Made by a program: the position numbers and the translations under genes
Assembly (NCBI GenBank): GCA_035531855.1
Contig: DATKSB010000065.1
Location: 1 to 46,297 of the forward strand
Direction: 5' to 3'
Length of the DNA stretch: 46,297 bases
Origin: Candidatus Binataceae bacterium
Lineage (GTDB): Bacteria > Desulfobacterota > Binatia > Binatales > Binataceae
Shown here: piece after piece, positions 18,048 through 27,688 of the stretch
Numbering within the stretch: the stretch's first letter is position 1
Layout: the number at the start of each line of letters is the position of its first letter
The notes under the pieces: model-generated
What the model was told of the DNA's origin: nothing
Databases searched by the model: none
What the model saw: only the letters and a program-made list of their open reading frames with translations

Positions 18048-19214
18048 ATGCCGGCTGAGCGCAAGGCCGCCGCCCCGAGCTCCGTCACATTCGAACGTGG
18101 CGCGGACTCTTCGCTTATTGTTCATCTATCGGGCGTGTGGCGGATGCGCCATGGGCTACCGACGGGAGATCTGCTGAACCGCGAGCTGATGCGCACCGGC
18201 CAGGTGCGCACCGGCGAGATCCGGCGCGTCGTGTTCGAGGCCGGTGATCTGGCGGATTGGGACTCAGGCCTGCTGGTATTCGTTACCCGCGCGATCGAGA
18301 CCTGCAAGGCGCGCAACCTCGACACCGACATCTCGGGCCTACCCGCCGGAGTTAAGCGGCTAATCGACCTCGCCGAGGCGGTTCCCGAAAACAAGGAAGC
18401 CGAGACCAAAGCCGACCGGCGTCCATTCGTCGAGCGGGTCGGTCGCGCGACCATCAATTACTTTGACGGCCTGGATGAGTTCGTGGCGTTTCTGGGTGCG
18501 CTCGCGATCGCGTTCGGCCGGTTAATCACCGGGCACGCAAGATTTCGGCGGGTCGATCTGATGATCGAAATCCAGGATTGCGGCGCGCGCGCGTTCGGAA
18601 TCGTCACACTGATCAGTTTTCTGGTCGGCGTGATTCTGGCCTTCATGGGCGCGGTACAGTTGCAGCAATTCGGCGCCTCGATTTATGTCGCCGACCTGGT
18701 CGGGATCGGGATGGTGCGCGACATGGGCGCGATGATGACCGCGATCATTATGGCGGGCCGCACCGGAGCCGCGTTCGCCGCGCAGCTCGGATCGATGAAA
18801 GTCACGCAGGAGATCGACGCGCTCACCACGATGGGACTTGCGCCGATGGAGTTCCTGGTCTTGCCGCGGGTGCTCGCGCTGGTCCTGATGATGCCGCTGT
18901 TGTGCGTGTATTCGGACATGCTGGGAATTCTTGGCGGAGCGGCGGTCGGAGCGGGAATGCTCAATATCTCGCTCGGCAGCTACATGCGCGAAACCTTCGC
19001 CGCGATCGAGCTGGGCGGGGTGTTCGGCGGAATTTTCAAGGCTACGGTTTATGGAGCGATTATCGGAACCGCCGGATGCCTGCGCGGATTCCAATGCGGG
19101 AGCAGCAGCTCCGCGGTCGGCGACGCGGCGACCTCCGCGGTCGTGACGGGAATCGTTTACGTCGTCGTGGCCTGCGGACTGTTCGCGGTGCTGTTCAACA
19201 TTCTTGGACTCTGA
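18048..19214 (+). CDS. MlaE-family ABC transporter permease with N-terminal STAS (MlaB-like) domain
   Basis: The C-terminal ~260 aa carry the MlaE/YrbE pattern (GARAFGIVTLISFLVG...REMGAMMTAIIMAGRTGAAFAAQLGSMKVTQEIDAL). The N-terminal ~120 aa (SLIVHLSGVW...VFEAGDLADWDSGLLVFV) look STAS-like. ATG 18048 is preferred over the upstream TTG at 17943. Confidence 0.8.
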   Translation: MPAERKAAAPSSVTFERGADSSLIVHLSGVWRMRHGLPTGDLLNRELMRTGQVRTGEIRRVVFEAGDLADWDSGLLVFVTRAIETCKARNLDTDISGLPAGVKRLIDLAEAVPENKEAETKADRRPFVERVGRATINYFDGLDEFVAFLGALAIAFGRLITGHARFRRVDLMIEIQDCGARAFGIVTLISFLVGVILAFMGAVQLQQFGASIYVADLVGIGMVRDMGAMMTAIIMAGRTGAAFAAQLGSMKVTQEIDALTTMGLAPMEFLVLPRVLALVLMMPLLCVYSDMLGILGGAAVGAGMLNISLGSYMRETFAAIELGGVFGGIFKATVYGAIIGTAGCLRGFQCGSSSSAVGDAATSAVVTGIVYVVVACGLFAVLFNILGL

Positions 19215-20064
19215 AGCAGCGGAGAAGCGTTTGAGCGAAATCCAGAGCATCCAGACCGCGCGGCCGCGCACCGAGTCCGCCGAGCCGGATATCGTTGTGC
19301 GCGACCTCACGATGGCGTACGGCGATTTCGTATTGATGCGCAATCTGAATTTTGTCGTCAAACGCAGCGCCGTGTTTATTATCATGGGCGGCAGCGGATG
19401 CGGCAAAAGCACGCTGCTGCGCCATCTGCTGGGCCTCAAAGCGCCGGCCAGCGGTGAGATTTTATACGGCAACTTGAACTTCACTCACGCCGGGCCCGAG
19501 GCACGCGAGCAACAGCTCCGGCGTTTCGGCGTGCTCTATCAGGGCGGAGCGCTGTGGAGCTCGATGACGCTGGCGGAGAATATCGGCCTGCCACTGGAAG
19601 AGTTCACCGATCTTTCCGGCGCCGAAATCCGCGAAGTCGCATCGCTGAAACTATCGCTGGTCGGACTGAAGGGTTTCGAGGACTACTACCCGAGCCAGAT
19701 CAGCGGTGGGATGCAAAAGCGCGCGGGACTGGCGCGTGCGATCGCGCTCGATCCGGAAATCCTGTTCTTCGACGAACCGTCGGCCGGGCTCGATCCCATA
19801 AGCTCGCGGCTGCTCGACGAATTGATCCTGGAGATCCGCGACTCGCTCGGCGCCACAATCGTCGTGGTGACGCACGAGCTCGCCAGCATCTTCGCGATCG
19901 GCGACGACAGCATCTTTCTCGACGCCGACAGCCATACGGCGATAGCCCAGGGCAATCCGCGCGAATTGCTCGAACACTCGGCCGATCCTCGCGTGCGCCG
20001 CTTTTTGACCCGCGGCGCCGAAGGCGAACCGGAAGCGGCGCAGGGCGGCAAGGCGGGAAAATAA
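19204..20064 (+). CDS. ABC transporter ATP-binding protein (MlaF-like)
   Basis: Walker A GGSGCGKST, signature ISGGMQKR, Walker B ILFFDEPSAGLD. The start is uncertain (TTG 19204 overlapping the permease stop, or TTG 19231). Confidence 0.85.
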   Translation: MDSEAAEKRLSEIQSIQTARPRTESAEPDIVVRDLTMAYGDFVLMRNLNFVVKRSAVFIIMGGSGCGKSTLLRHLLGLKAPASGEILYGNLNFTHAGPEAREQQLRRFGVLYQGGALWSSMTLAENIGLPLEEFTDLSGAEIREVASLKLSLVGLKGFEDYYPSQISGGMQKRAGLARAIALDPEILFFDEPSAGLDPISSRLLDELILEIRDSLGATIVVVTHELASIFAIGDDSIFLDADSHTAIAQGNPRELLEHSADPRVRRFLTRGAEGEPEAAQGGKAGK

Positions 20065-20068
20065 ATCG

Positions 20069-21058
20069 ATGGGCAAGAAAGTCAATCCAACCCTGGTCGG
20101 TGTGTTCGTGCTCGGCGCGCTGGCGCTGGTGGTTATCGGAATAGTCGTGATCGGAGGCGGCAATCTATTTCGCCGCTCGCATCGCTTCGTTCTCTACTTC
20201 ACCAGCGACGTTAACGGACTGCGCGTCGGCGCTCCGGTCAAGTTTCGCGGCGTCGAGATCGGTTCAGTGGTCGCGGTGATGCTGAGTTTGCCGGGAATGG
20301 AAGGCGGCCTGATGCAGAACACCGCCCTGATCAGGATCCCGGTGGTGATCCAGCTCGACTCGGCCAAGCTGATAAGCCATGGCGCCGAGGTCAACCTGGA
20401 AGATCCGGAAGAGATGCAGCGGGCGATCGCAATGGGGCTGCGCGGACAGCTCGCAACGGAGAGCATTCTGACCGGCCTCCAGTACGTCGATCTGGATATG
20501 CATCCGCACGATCCAGCCAAGTTTTTTCTCGGCAAGAATTCTCCCTACCCCGAAATCCCGACGCTGCCCAATACCTTCGAGCAGGCACAGATCGCGATCA
20601 CCAAGGTGCTTGGCGTGCTCGAACAAATCGATTTCAACAAGCTGGTCGGAGAAGTGACCCGAACCATGGAGGCGGTGACCAATCTGGTGACCTCGCCCAA
20701 ACTCGCCGCCTCAATCGACGCGCTCAATCGCACCGCCAACAGCATGAGCGCGAGCGCCAAAAGCATCCAGCGTCTGTCCGATACGCTCAACCGGAAGGTC
20801 GATCCAATCTCCAAGAGCCTGGTCGCGACTACCGACCAGGCGCGCGAGACGCTCAGGCAGACCCAGCAGACGCTCGCCGCCGTGCAGGAGTCGGTGGGAC
20901 CGGGCTCACCAGTCAATTATGAACTGACGCAGACGCTGCAGGACACCGCGCAAGCGGCGCGCTCGCTCAAGCAATTGACCGACTATCTGCAACGCAACCC
21001 AAGCTCGGTAGTACGCGGACGCGCGCAACCAGCGGATGCGAAGGGGGACTTTAAATGA
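20069..21058 (+). CDS. MlaD/MCE-domain substrate-binding protein
   Basis: N-terminal TM helix, an MCE domain (GLRVGAPVKFRGVEIGSV), then a long helical C-terminal extension. 329 aa. Confidence 0.8.
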   Translation: MGKKVNPTLVGVFVLGALALVVIGIVVIGGGNLFRRSHRFVLYFTSDVNGLRVGAPVKFRGVEIGSVVAVMLSLPGMEGGLMQNTALIRIPVVIQLDSAKLISHGAEVNLEDPEEMQRAIAMGLRGQLATESILTGLQYVDLDMHPHDPAKFFLGKNSPYPEIPTLPNTFEQAQIAITKVLGVLEQIDFNKLVGEVTRTMEAVTNLVTSPKLAASIDALNRTANSMSASAKSIQRLSDTLNRKVDPISKSLVATTDQARETLRQTQQTLAAVQESVGPGSPVNYELTQTLQDTAQAARSLKQLTDYLQRNPSSVVRGRAQPADAKGDFK

Positions 21059-21681
21059 AGCGCGCCGCGCAATTCGCCGCGATCGCAATTCTGGCAATCG
21101 CGGGCGCCGCGGCCAGCGGCTGCTCGCTCGGCCTTCAGCCGCGGCCCGACGACTCCAAATTTTTCGTGCTCGCGCCAATCGCCGCCGCGCCGTTTTCGCC
21201 CCTGGCGGGCAGCAGCACGATGGTTATCGGAATTGGTCCAATCAAACTGCCCGACTATCTCGAGCGCCAGGAAATCGTAACCCGGGTCGCTCCCAACCGG
21301 ATGATTCTGTCCGGCACCGATCGCTGGGCAGAGGGACTCGACGGCAACTTCACTCAGGTATTCGCGCAAGACCTGGGCGCGACGCTCGGTACCCAGCGCA
21401 TCGTGTTTTTTCCGTGGTACCAAACCGCGACGATCGATTACCAGGTGCAGCTTGACGTTTACCGCTTCGAGAGCGACGGCTCCGGCACCGTCACCCTGAC
21501 GGCGCATTGGCAGATTCTCGATCGCGTCGGCAAGATGCTCTACGTAACCGATTCAACCTTCACCGCGAGCGCGGGATCGCCCGGAACGACGGCGGTCGTG
21601 GCCGCGATGAGCACGGCCTTAGGCAACCTCGCCCAGGAAATCGCCTCGAAGATCGCGTCGCTGCCCGCGTCGAGGAAATGA
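21055..21681 (+). CDS. ABC-transport auxiliary lipoprotein (PqiC/YmbA-like)
   Basis: ATGA overlap with the MCE gene. Lipoprotein signal with lipobox AASGC. IDYQVQLDVYRFE is typical of this family. Confidence 0.7.
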   Translation: MKRAAQFAAIAILAIAGAAASGCSLGLQPRPDDSKFFVLAPIAAAPFSPLAGSSTMVIGIGPIKLPDYLERQEIVTRVAPNRMILSGTDRWAEGLDGNFTQVFAQDLGATLGTQRIVFFPWYQTATIDYQVQLDVYRFESDGSGTVTLTAHWQILDRVGKMLYVTDSTFTASAGSPGTTAVVAAMSTALGNLAQEIASKIASLPASRK

Positions 21682-21706
21682 CCGGCCGGCGGTTACCGGC
21701 GGACCG

Positions 21707-24700
21707 TCATGGCTCCTTGCTCGAGGCGGGGTGCGGTGCCCATTTGAGGATTCCGAGGTCGGCTACAAAAATCGCGTAGAACGATTTCACCAGGATCAGC
21801 TCGATCACCGTCGCCAGCGCGAGTCCTCCAATCTGCGCGTAACACAACGGCTGCCATAATGGGCCGCCGTGCAGCGCGAGCGGGAACAACGCCAGCAGCG
21901 TGGCGCCGACGGTCACCATCACCGGACGCAGACGCTCGATTCCGGCGTCGAGCAATCCCTGGATCAGCTCCTCGCCCATTTCGCGCCGTTCTTCAATAAA
22001 CTCGAACAGCACAATCACGTGGCTGACGATCACGCCGACCAGGCTCGCGATGCCCAAAAACGCCATGAAGCCGAATGGCGCGCCCATGATCCAAAGCGCG
22101 GCCACCGCGCCGACCGCGCCGTAGGGCACCGCCACGAATACCAGCCACGGCTTGACCAGATTGTTGAACTGCACCACCAGCGCGATGAAGATCAGCACGA
22201 CCGAAATCAGCAGCACGATCGTCAACTCGCCAAAGCCCTCGCTCTGCTTGGCCTGCTCGCCGCCAATCTCGAGTCGGTATCCGGGCGGCAGAGTTTTCGC
22301 GAGTGCCTGGAGCTTCGGATTGGCGACCTTCATGACTTCCGACGGAAGCACCCCGGGAGCGGGATAGGCGGCCACCGAGATCGTGCGAAAGTGATCGCGC
22401 CGGACGATCCGCTCGGGCGATAGACGAAATACGATTGGCGCGACCGACTGGATCGGAACGCGCCCATTTCCTTCCGACGCGTAAACATAAAGATTGCCCA
22501 GGTCCGAAAGCTGGGCGCGCTCCTGCTGCCGAAGGCGCGCGACGATCGGGATGCGCAGATCGCCGCTGATCAGCGTGCCCACCTGCGCCCCGGAAAGGCC
22601 CGCGGCGGCGGAATTGGCGATATCCTCATTGGTGACGCCGGCCAGATTCGCACGATCGGGATTTATCGGCAGTTGGATGATCGGGCTCTCGTCCATCCAG
22701 TCGGTGCGGATGCGCCGCGTGCCCGGAACCGAACGCAGCACCGCCTCGGTCTGGTTGGCAATATGCTCGAGCGTCTCAATGTCCGCCTGCTCGCGCGCCG
22801 GATCGATGTCGGCCTGTCCGAAGATGTGCACCTCGATCGGGTAGCGCACCGGATTGGTGAGCAACTGGCACACGTCAACGTACGCGCCGGGAACTTCCTT
22901 CGACAGAAGATTCTGGAGCGGGCCGACAAACTTCGGCATGTCCTCCTTGTTGTAGATCTCAAGAATCAACTGCGCGTAGTTGGCCTGCGGCGATTCCGGC
23001 GCCACGGAAAACCAGAAACGCGGTCCGCCGCCGCCGACGAAGCTGGTGATCGATTTCAGGATCGGGCGCGGATGTCCGTGCTCGGGATGCGCCTTGCCGT
23101 ATTCCGCGGCCGCGTCGCGCACCACTGCCGCGACTTTTTTCGCAGTCGCGTCGGTCTCGGAAATCGCCGCGCCGTTCGGGAGCCATACGTCGATATACGA
23201 CAGGTACTGGACGTCTTCGGGAAAATAAGCGCTGCGCAATTGCTTCGCGATCAGAAACCCCGCGGCCAGGAACACCAGCGAGCACGCTACGAAGGTCTTG
23301 CGATGCTCCAGCGCGTAGTGGCCGGTCGTGTAGTAGAGCCCGGTGAAGCCGTGCGTGCGCCGATACTCGATCGGCGGCAGCGGTTTGCCGGGCGTCATCA
23401 GGTAGTAGCCAAGCTGCGGAATGAACGTCATCGAAATGATCCGCGACGCGACCAGCGCGCAGGTCATCACGATCGGCAGGCTGTAGAGAAAATTTCCGGT
23501 ATCGCCGGAGAGCAGCAGAAACGGCAGGTACGCGACGATATTGGTAATCGTCGAGAACAGGATCGCGCGTTCGAGCTTGGTCGGCCCGAGCCACGACGCG
23601 ACTGCCGCCGGATGCCCGATTCCCAGCTCATGCTTGATCGCGTCGCCCGCCACCACCGGATCATCCACCAGGAGTCCAAGCGCGATGATCAACGTCGCGA
23701 TCGACACTTGCTGTAGATCAATCCCGAGCACGTACATCATGCCGAAGGTCATCGCGAGCGTGAGCGGAATCGACATCGCGATCAGCAGCGCCGCGCGCCA
23801 ATCCCAGAATCCGATGAGCGCGATCACCACCACCAGCACGATCGCCTCGTACAGCGCGTCCATGAACAGGCTGACGTTCTCGCGCACTTGGCGCGGCTGA
23901 TCCGAGGTGCGCGAGATCACCAGGTCTTCGGGCAGGCGGGTCTTGAGTCCATCAATCGCCTTATCGACCGCCGCGCCGAACGCGCTTATCTGCTCGCCCG
24001 AGCGCATGAAGACCGCGATCGTGACCGCGCGTCCGCGGTTCCAGTGCCCGTCGGCGGTCTTCCAGGTATAGAAATTCAGCAGCCGCGGCGGCGCCTGGTA
24101 ACCGCGCGAGATATCCGCCAGATCGCGCAGGTAGAACGGCGATCCCGATTGCGACTTGCCGAGAATTACGTCGCCGATCTCCTGCGCGTCGGTAAATTCG
24201 CCGCTCGGATGCAGCGTCACGTCGGTGCCGGCCGCGTTGATCATCCCGGCCGACTGCGTGATATTGCGCGACGACAGAATCTGCGAAACCGTGCTCGGCG
24301 TGAAACCGTAAGACGCGAGCCGCTCCTGCGAATAAAACAGATCCACCCATTCCGGCAACACGCCCGAGCGCGAGACTTTCTCGACGTCGGGAACCGCTTC
24401 CAGAGCGCGCGTGATCAGATCGGTATAGCGCTCGAGCTCGCGGTAGGTGTATTTGTCGCCCGCCGCGCTTTCGAGAATCGCCTCGGTCCGGGCGGGCTCC
24501 TTGATCACCACGGGCGGCCACGCGTCGGGATGAAACGCCTCGAACATCGAGGTTCCGACCTGGGAGTCAATATAGGCTGTGGCCGCTTTCACCAGGTCGG
24601 CGCCCGCGGGTTCGGCGGCGTCCAAACCTGAGAAGCCCGACCCGTCGAGCGGACGGATGTCGGCCGCCGCGTGATGCTCCGCCAGATAGCGTGACAGCCC

Positions 24701-25360
24701 GTCACGCACTCGCGTCACCGACTCGGCGGGCATCGTAGGCGGAAAGATCGTCACCAGCGAGATGCGATTGAGCTTCGAATCGGGTGCGGCGCTCGCGCGC
24801 GCGGCCTCGATCGCCGCGCGAACCTGGCGCGCGCGCAGAGCGATCTCGACCTCGTTCACTTTGGGGCTCGCGACGGTCAGCATCAGCGCCGCGGTGTCGC
24901 CGAAATCGCTCTCGAACTGGATCGGTCCGGCTCCGCTGGGCAGGTTGCGGATACTGGCGAGCTTGAGATTGATGTCGTTGAATTGCTTTTCGGTATCGCC
25001 GACGTTTTCAGTGAGCTGGATATAAACGATCGCAAGGCCGTCGAGCGTCAGCGATCGGATTCCATAGTCGGTACCGGTGCCGGCTGGATGGATATAGGAG
25101 TTAGTCGCGATCTTCTCCTCCATCTTGCGCGTCACCGTCTGCTCGATTTTCTCGGCGCTGACTCCCGGCCATGGGCATACCGCAAGCGCCTGCCGCACCG
25201 GAATATCCGGATCCTTGCGCTTGGGCATGTGGAGGTAGCCGTAAACGCCCCACGCGACCACGGCGGCCAGCAGGACCCACGAGATGGCGCGATTCTCAAC
25301 GAAAAACCGCGCGGTGTTGTGGGTCGTGCGGATTATTTCTTCGTCGCTGCGATGTGCCAT
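21707..25360 (-). CDS. RND-superfamily efflux transporter permease (AcrB-like), 1217 aa
   Basis: 12-TM RND layout. Conserved TM4 region ALGLLVDDPVV and a second-half repeat. The start overlaps the adaptor stop (TAATG). Confidence 0.9.
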   Translation of the reverse strand: MAHRSDEEIIRTTHNTARFFVENRAISWVLLAAVVAWGVYGYLHMPKRKDPDIPVRQALAVCPWPGVSAEKIEQTVTRKMEEKIATNSYIHPAGTGTDYGIRSLTLDGLAIVYIQLTENVGDTEKQFNDINLKLASIRNLPSGAGPIQFESDFGDTAALMLTVASPKVNEVEIALRARQVRAAIEAARASAAPDSKLNRISLVTIFPPTMPAESVTRVRDGLSRYLAEHHAAADIRPLDGSGFSGLDAAEPAGADLVKAATAYIDSQVGTSMFEAFHPDAWPPVVIKEPARTEAILESAAGDKYTYRELERYTDLITRALEAVPDVEKVSRSGVLPEWVDLFYSQERLASYGFTPSTVSQILSSRNITQSAGMINAAGTDVTLHPSGEFTDAQEIGDVILGKSQSGSPFYLRDLADISRGYQAPPRLLNFYTWKTADGHWNRGRAVTIAVFMRSGEQISAFGAAVDKAIDGLKTRLPEDLVISRTSDQPRQVRENVSLFMDALYEAIVLVVVIALIGFWDWRAALLIAMSIPLTLAMTFGMMYVLGIDLQQVSIATLIIALGLLVDDPVVAGDAIKHELGIGHPAAVASWLGPTKLERAILFSTITNIVAYLPFLLLSGDTGNFLYSLPIVMTCALVASRIISMTFIPQLGYYLMTPGKPLPPIEYRRTHGFTGLYYTTGHYALEHRKTFVACSLVFLAAGFLIAKQLRSAYFPEDVQYLSYIDVWLPNGAAISETDATAKKVAAVVRDAAAEYGKAHPEHGHPRPILKSITSFVGGGGPRFWFSVAPESPQANYAQLILEIYNKEDMPKFVGPLQNLLSKEVPGAYVDVCQLLTNPVRYPIEVHIFGQADIDPAREQADIETLEHIANQTEAVLRSVPGTRRIRTDWMDESPIIQLPINPDRANLAGVTNEDIANSAAAGLSGAQVGTLISGDLRIPIVARLRQQERAQLSDLGNLYVYASEGNGRVPIQSVAPIVFRLSPERIVRRDHFRTISVAAYPAPGVLPSEVMKVANPKLQALAKTLPPGYRLEIGGEQAKQSEGFGELTIVLLISVVLIFIALVVQFNNLVKPWLVFVAVPYGAVGAVAALWIMGAPFGFMAFLGIASLVGVIVSHVIVLFEFIEERREMGEELIQGLLDAGIERLRPVMVTVGATLLALFPLALHGGPLWQPLCYAQIGGLALATVIELILVKSFYAIFVADLGILKWAPHPASSKEP

Positions 25361-26496
25361 TACGGGATGATCCGGATTTCTTCGCCGTCGGTGACCATCG
25401 TGGCGCCGCGCACGATCACGCGGTCGCCAATCGCGACGCCCGAGTCCACCGCGATTTCGTTGCCGACGATATCGCCCAGCCGCACCTTGCGCATCCGCGC
25501 GACCGTCTTGCCACCCTCTTCGATGGCGACGAATACGGCATAACCGGTCGGATCTTCTGGTGGACGGACCACCGCGTTTATCGGAACCGTTGCCGCCGTC
25601 GCGACCGGCGCCGACGCGTCGTTGGCAAGCTTGAGCGACGCGATCATCCCGACCCGCAGGCGGCCGTCCTTGTTCGGAATCGTGACCTCGACGTCGAAGG
25701 TGCGAGTGTTCTGATCCGCGCTCTGCGCGATCCGGGTTATTTGTCCGTCGAGCTGCACCCCCGGCAGCGCCTCACTGCGCAGGGTCTGCGGTTGCCCCTG
25801 CTTCAACTGGCCGACCTCTATGTCCGAGACCGCGAAGATCGCCTTCATCTCAGTGGTGTCGGCGATCTGAAACGCGACCACGCTCGGCCCGACCAGCGAG
25901 CCGATTTCGATTCCGCGGCTCAGCATCACCGCATCCATCGGCGACGTCAGCTTGCAGTAACCGAGATTGATCTGCGCCTGCTTGAGCGACGCTTCGGATT
26001 GTTTGACCTGCGCGTCGGAGGATTTGTACTGCTGAACGGCACTGTCGTAGTCGCGCCGCGCAATGATCTTTTCCTTGAACAGAGCGCTATTGCGATCGTA
26101 GTCGGCCTTTGCCTTGGCGTAGGTGGCTTCCGCGTTGACCACCACCGAAGCTGCCTGATTCACCTGCTGCTGATAGGGTCCGGTCTGGATCGTCGCAAGC
26201 AGCTCGCCGTTTTTCACCGGGTCGCCGCCCTGAACATCGCGGCTGCGTCCACCGGCTCCGGCGACTTGCTTGATCGTCTCGACATAACCGTTGACCTGGA
26301 ATGTCAGGCCAACCTGGCGATAGGGCTGAAGATTCGCGGTGTACGCTCCGCGATGAGCCTGGGTGGCCTCTCTGACCGCGCGCACGGTTACCGCGATCGG
26401 CGGCGCCGCGGTGGGTTTGGGGCGATTGCCGCATCCGGCTGCGCCGGCTAATGCCGCCACGATCAATAGCGCAAGCGAAGTGTTGCGTATGTGCAA
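25360..26496 (-). CDS. RND efflux periplasmic adaptor (membrane fusion protein), lipoprotein
   Basis: Barrel-sandwich/hairpin/beta-barrel pattern (GYVETI.., coiled-coil YDRNSALFKEKIIARRDYD, LTSPMDAVM, RVGM). The preferred start is TTG 26496, with a strong GAGGAGGGG SD upstream. It gives a lipoprotein signal ..LLIVAALAGAAGC. The track start at 26565 adds 23 residues. Confidence 0.85.
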   Translation of the reverse strand: MHIRNTSLALLIVAALAGAAGCGNRPKPTAAPPIAVTVRAVREATQAHRGAYTANLQPYRQVGLTFQVNGYVETIKQVAGAGGRSRDVQGGDPVKNGELLATIQTGPYQQQVNQAASVVVNAEATYAKAKADYDRNSALFKEKIIARRDYDSAVQQYKSSDAQVKQSEASLKQAQINLGYCKLTSPMDAVMLSRGIEIGSLVGPSVVAFQIADTTEMKAIFAVSDIEVGQLKQGQPQTLRSEALPGVQLDGQITRIAQSADQNTRTFDVEVTIPNKDGRLRVGMIASLKLANDASAPVATAATVPINAVVRPPEDPTGYAVFVAIEEGGKTVARMRKVRLGDIVGNEIAVDSGVAIGDRVIVRGATMVTDGEEIRIIP

Positions 26497-26629
26497 GTGG
26501 CGCCCCTCCTCAACGACTCTCGCATGGGCGGTGAACTCTTCACCGCCGCGGCCCCCGCTTTCCACCCGAAGGCGTTCGCGATGTTATCAGAAATCACTGC
26601 GGCTTGGCGCTACCCCGCGTTGCTCCGCG

Positions 26630-27661
26630 TTACCGATAGACGCGCGCGGTGTCGCGAATCCGCGCCCTGATTTCGTCGCGCAATGCCTTGGGTTCAAGCA
26701 CCTTGATGAATGGGCTCATCGCCATGATCCAATTGGCAAGTTCGGCGGTTCCTTTGAGCTTGAGCCGCAAGAGCGCCCTGCCGTCGCGCCCAATCGAAAC
26801 CTGCTGGGAAGGATGAATAGTGCGCGCGGCAAGACGAGCGTCGGTTTCCGGGCTAAGACTTTTCAGAACTACCGTCGTTTCGCGATCCTCGCTGACGATT
26901 CCGAATGCTCCCTGCACGAACGTCGCCGGATTGTAGGACGCGGGCAGTTGGAATCTTTCGTCGATACCGGACTCGTCTTTGATGAATGCCACAGAGCGCA
27001 TCCGCTCGATAGCCAAATAGATAATACCAGCGCCGCGATGGCTGCGGCCGAGCAGGTACAGTCCGCCCCGATACTGGACCAGGGTGTACGGATTGAAGTC
27101 GTGCGTCCGATCGCTGCCATCGGTGCGGTTCATCGACGCATAGTGGATTCGCAGGCGCTTCTCGTCGAGCAGCGCCCGCATAATCACGTCGATCTGTTCT
27201 TCGTACGGGCGATAGTCCTTGGGGACATACTGGACGGTGTAGAATTTGCGGTTGAAATCGCGCAGCCTGAACTGCCATGCTGGCGGTAGATTGGTCCGCA
27301 CCCGCTCCCAGATGTCGTCAACGCCGGATTTGAGCACGGTACCCTCGAGAAATTTCAGCAGCGCCAGGCTCGAGTACATCGCCGCCGCCTGGTACACATT
27401 CGAGTTCGGGCCTCCGCGCCGTGTGACCAGCCGCAACTTGCGGCTCGCGCCGGCGCCCGCCGTCTCGACGACCATCTGCCCGAGCTTTCCGCGCATCCTT
27501 ACGAACTCACGCACGTAGCGATCCACCGTGCGGCCGCTCACCCCGAGCTCACGCATAATTCTCTGCAGCGGTACTCCGAGCGGCTCTTCGGTCAGCATCA
27601 TCGCGATCCGCGCGTAACGGATTCCCGACTCGTAGGTTGGCTTTCTTGATTTGACCGGCAT
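26630..27661 (-). CDS. HTH-WYL-WCX transcriptional regulator (PafBC/BrxR/DriD-like architecture), 343 aa
   Basis: HTH: LQRIMRELGVSGRTVDRYVREF. WYL-type core: FNPYTLVQYRGGLYLLGRS...IERMRSVAF. C-terminal WCX-like segment: ELANWIMAMSPFIKVLEPKALRDEI. ATG 27661 has AAGGAGGG 7 nt upstream. The 724-aa ORF in the track is this gene plus an antisense read-through of recC. Confidence 0.85.
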   Translation of the reverse strand: MPVKSRKPTYESGIRYARIAMMLTEEPLGVPLQRIMRELGVSGRTVDRYVREFVRMRGKLGQMVVETAGAGASRKLRLVTRRGGPNSNVYQAAAMYSSLALLKFLEGTVLKSGVDDIWERVRTNLPPAWQFRLRDFNRKFYTVQYVPKDYRPYEEQIDVIMRALLDEKRLRIHYASMNRTDGSDRTHDFNPYTLVQYRGGLYLLGRSHRGAGIIYLAIERMRSVAFIKDESGIDERFQLPASYNPATFVQGAFGIVSEDRETTVVLKSLSPETDARLAARTIHPSQQVSIGRDGRALLRLKLKGTAELANWIMAMSPFIKVLEPKALRDEIRARIRDTARVYR

Positions 27662-27688
27662 CGACGCGCCCTCCTTGAGAGCATCCGG

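Noticed and set aside
25171-26451. 426-aa plus-strand ORF antisense to the RND adaptor gene. The same applies to 22673..23716 and 21869..22423, antisense to the RND pump.
   Set aside because: These ORFs are Arg/Asp/His-rich and antisense to clearly homologous transporter genes. No SD or motif supports them.
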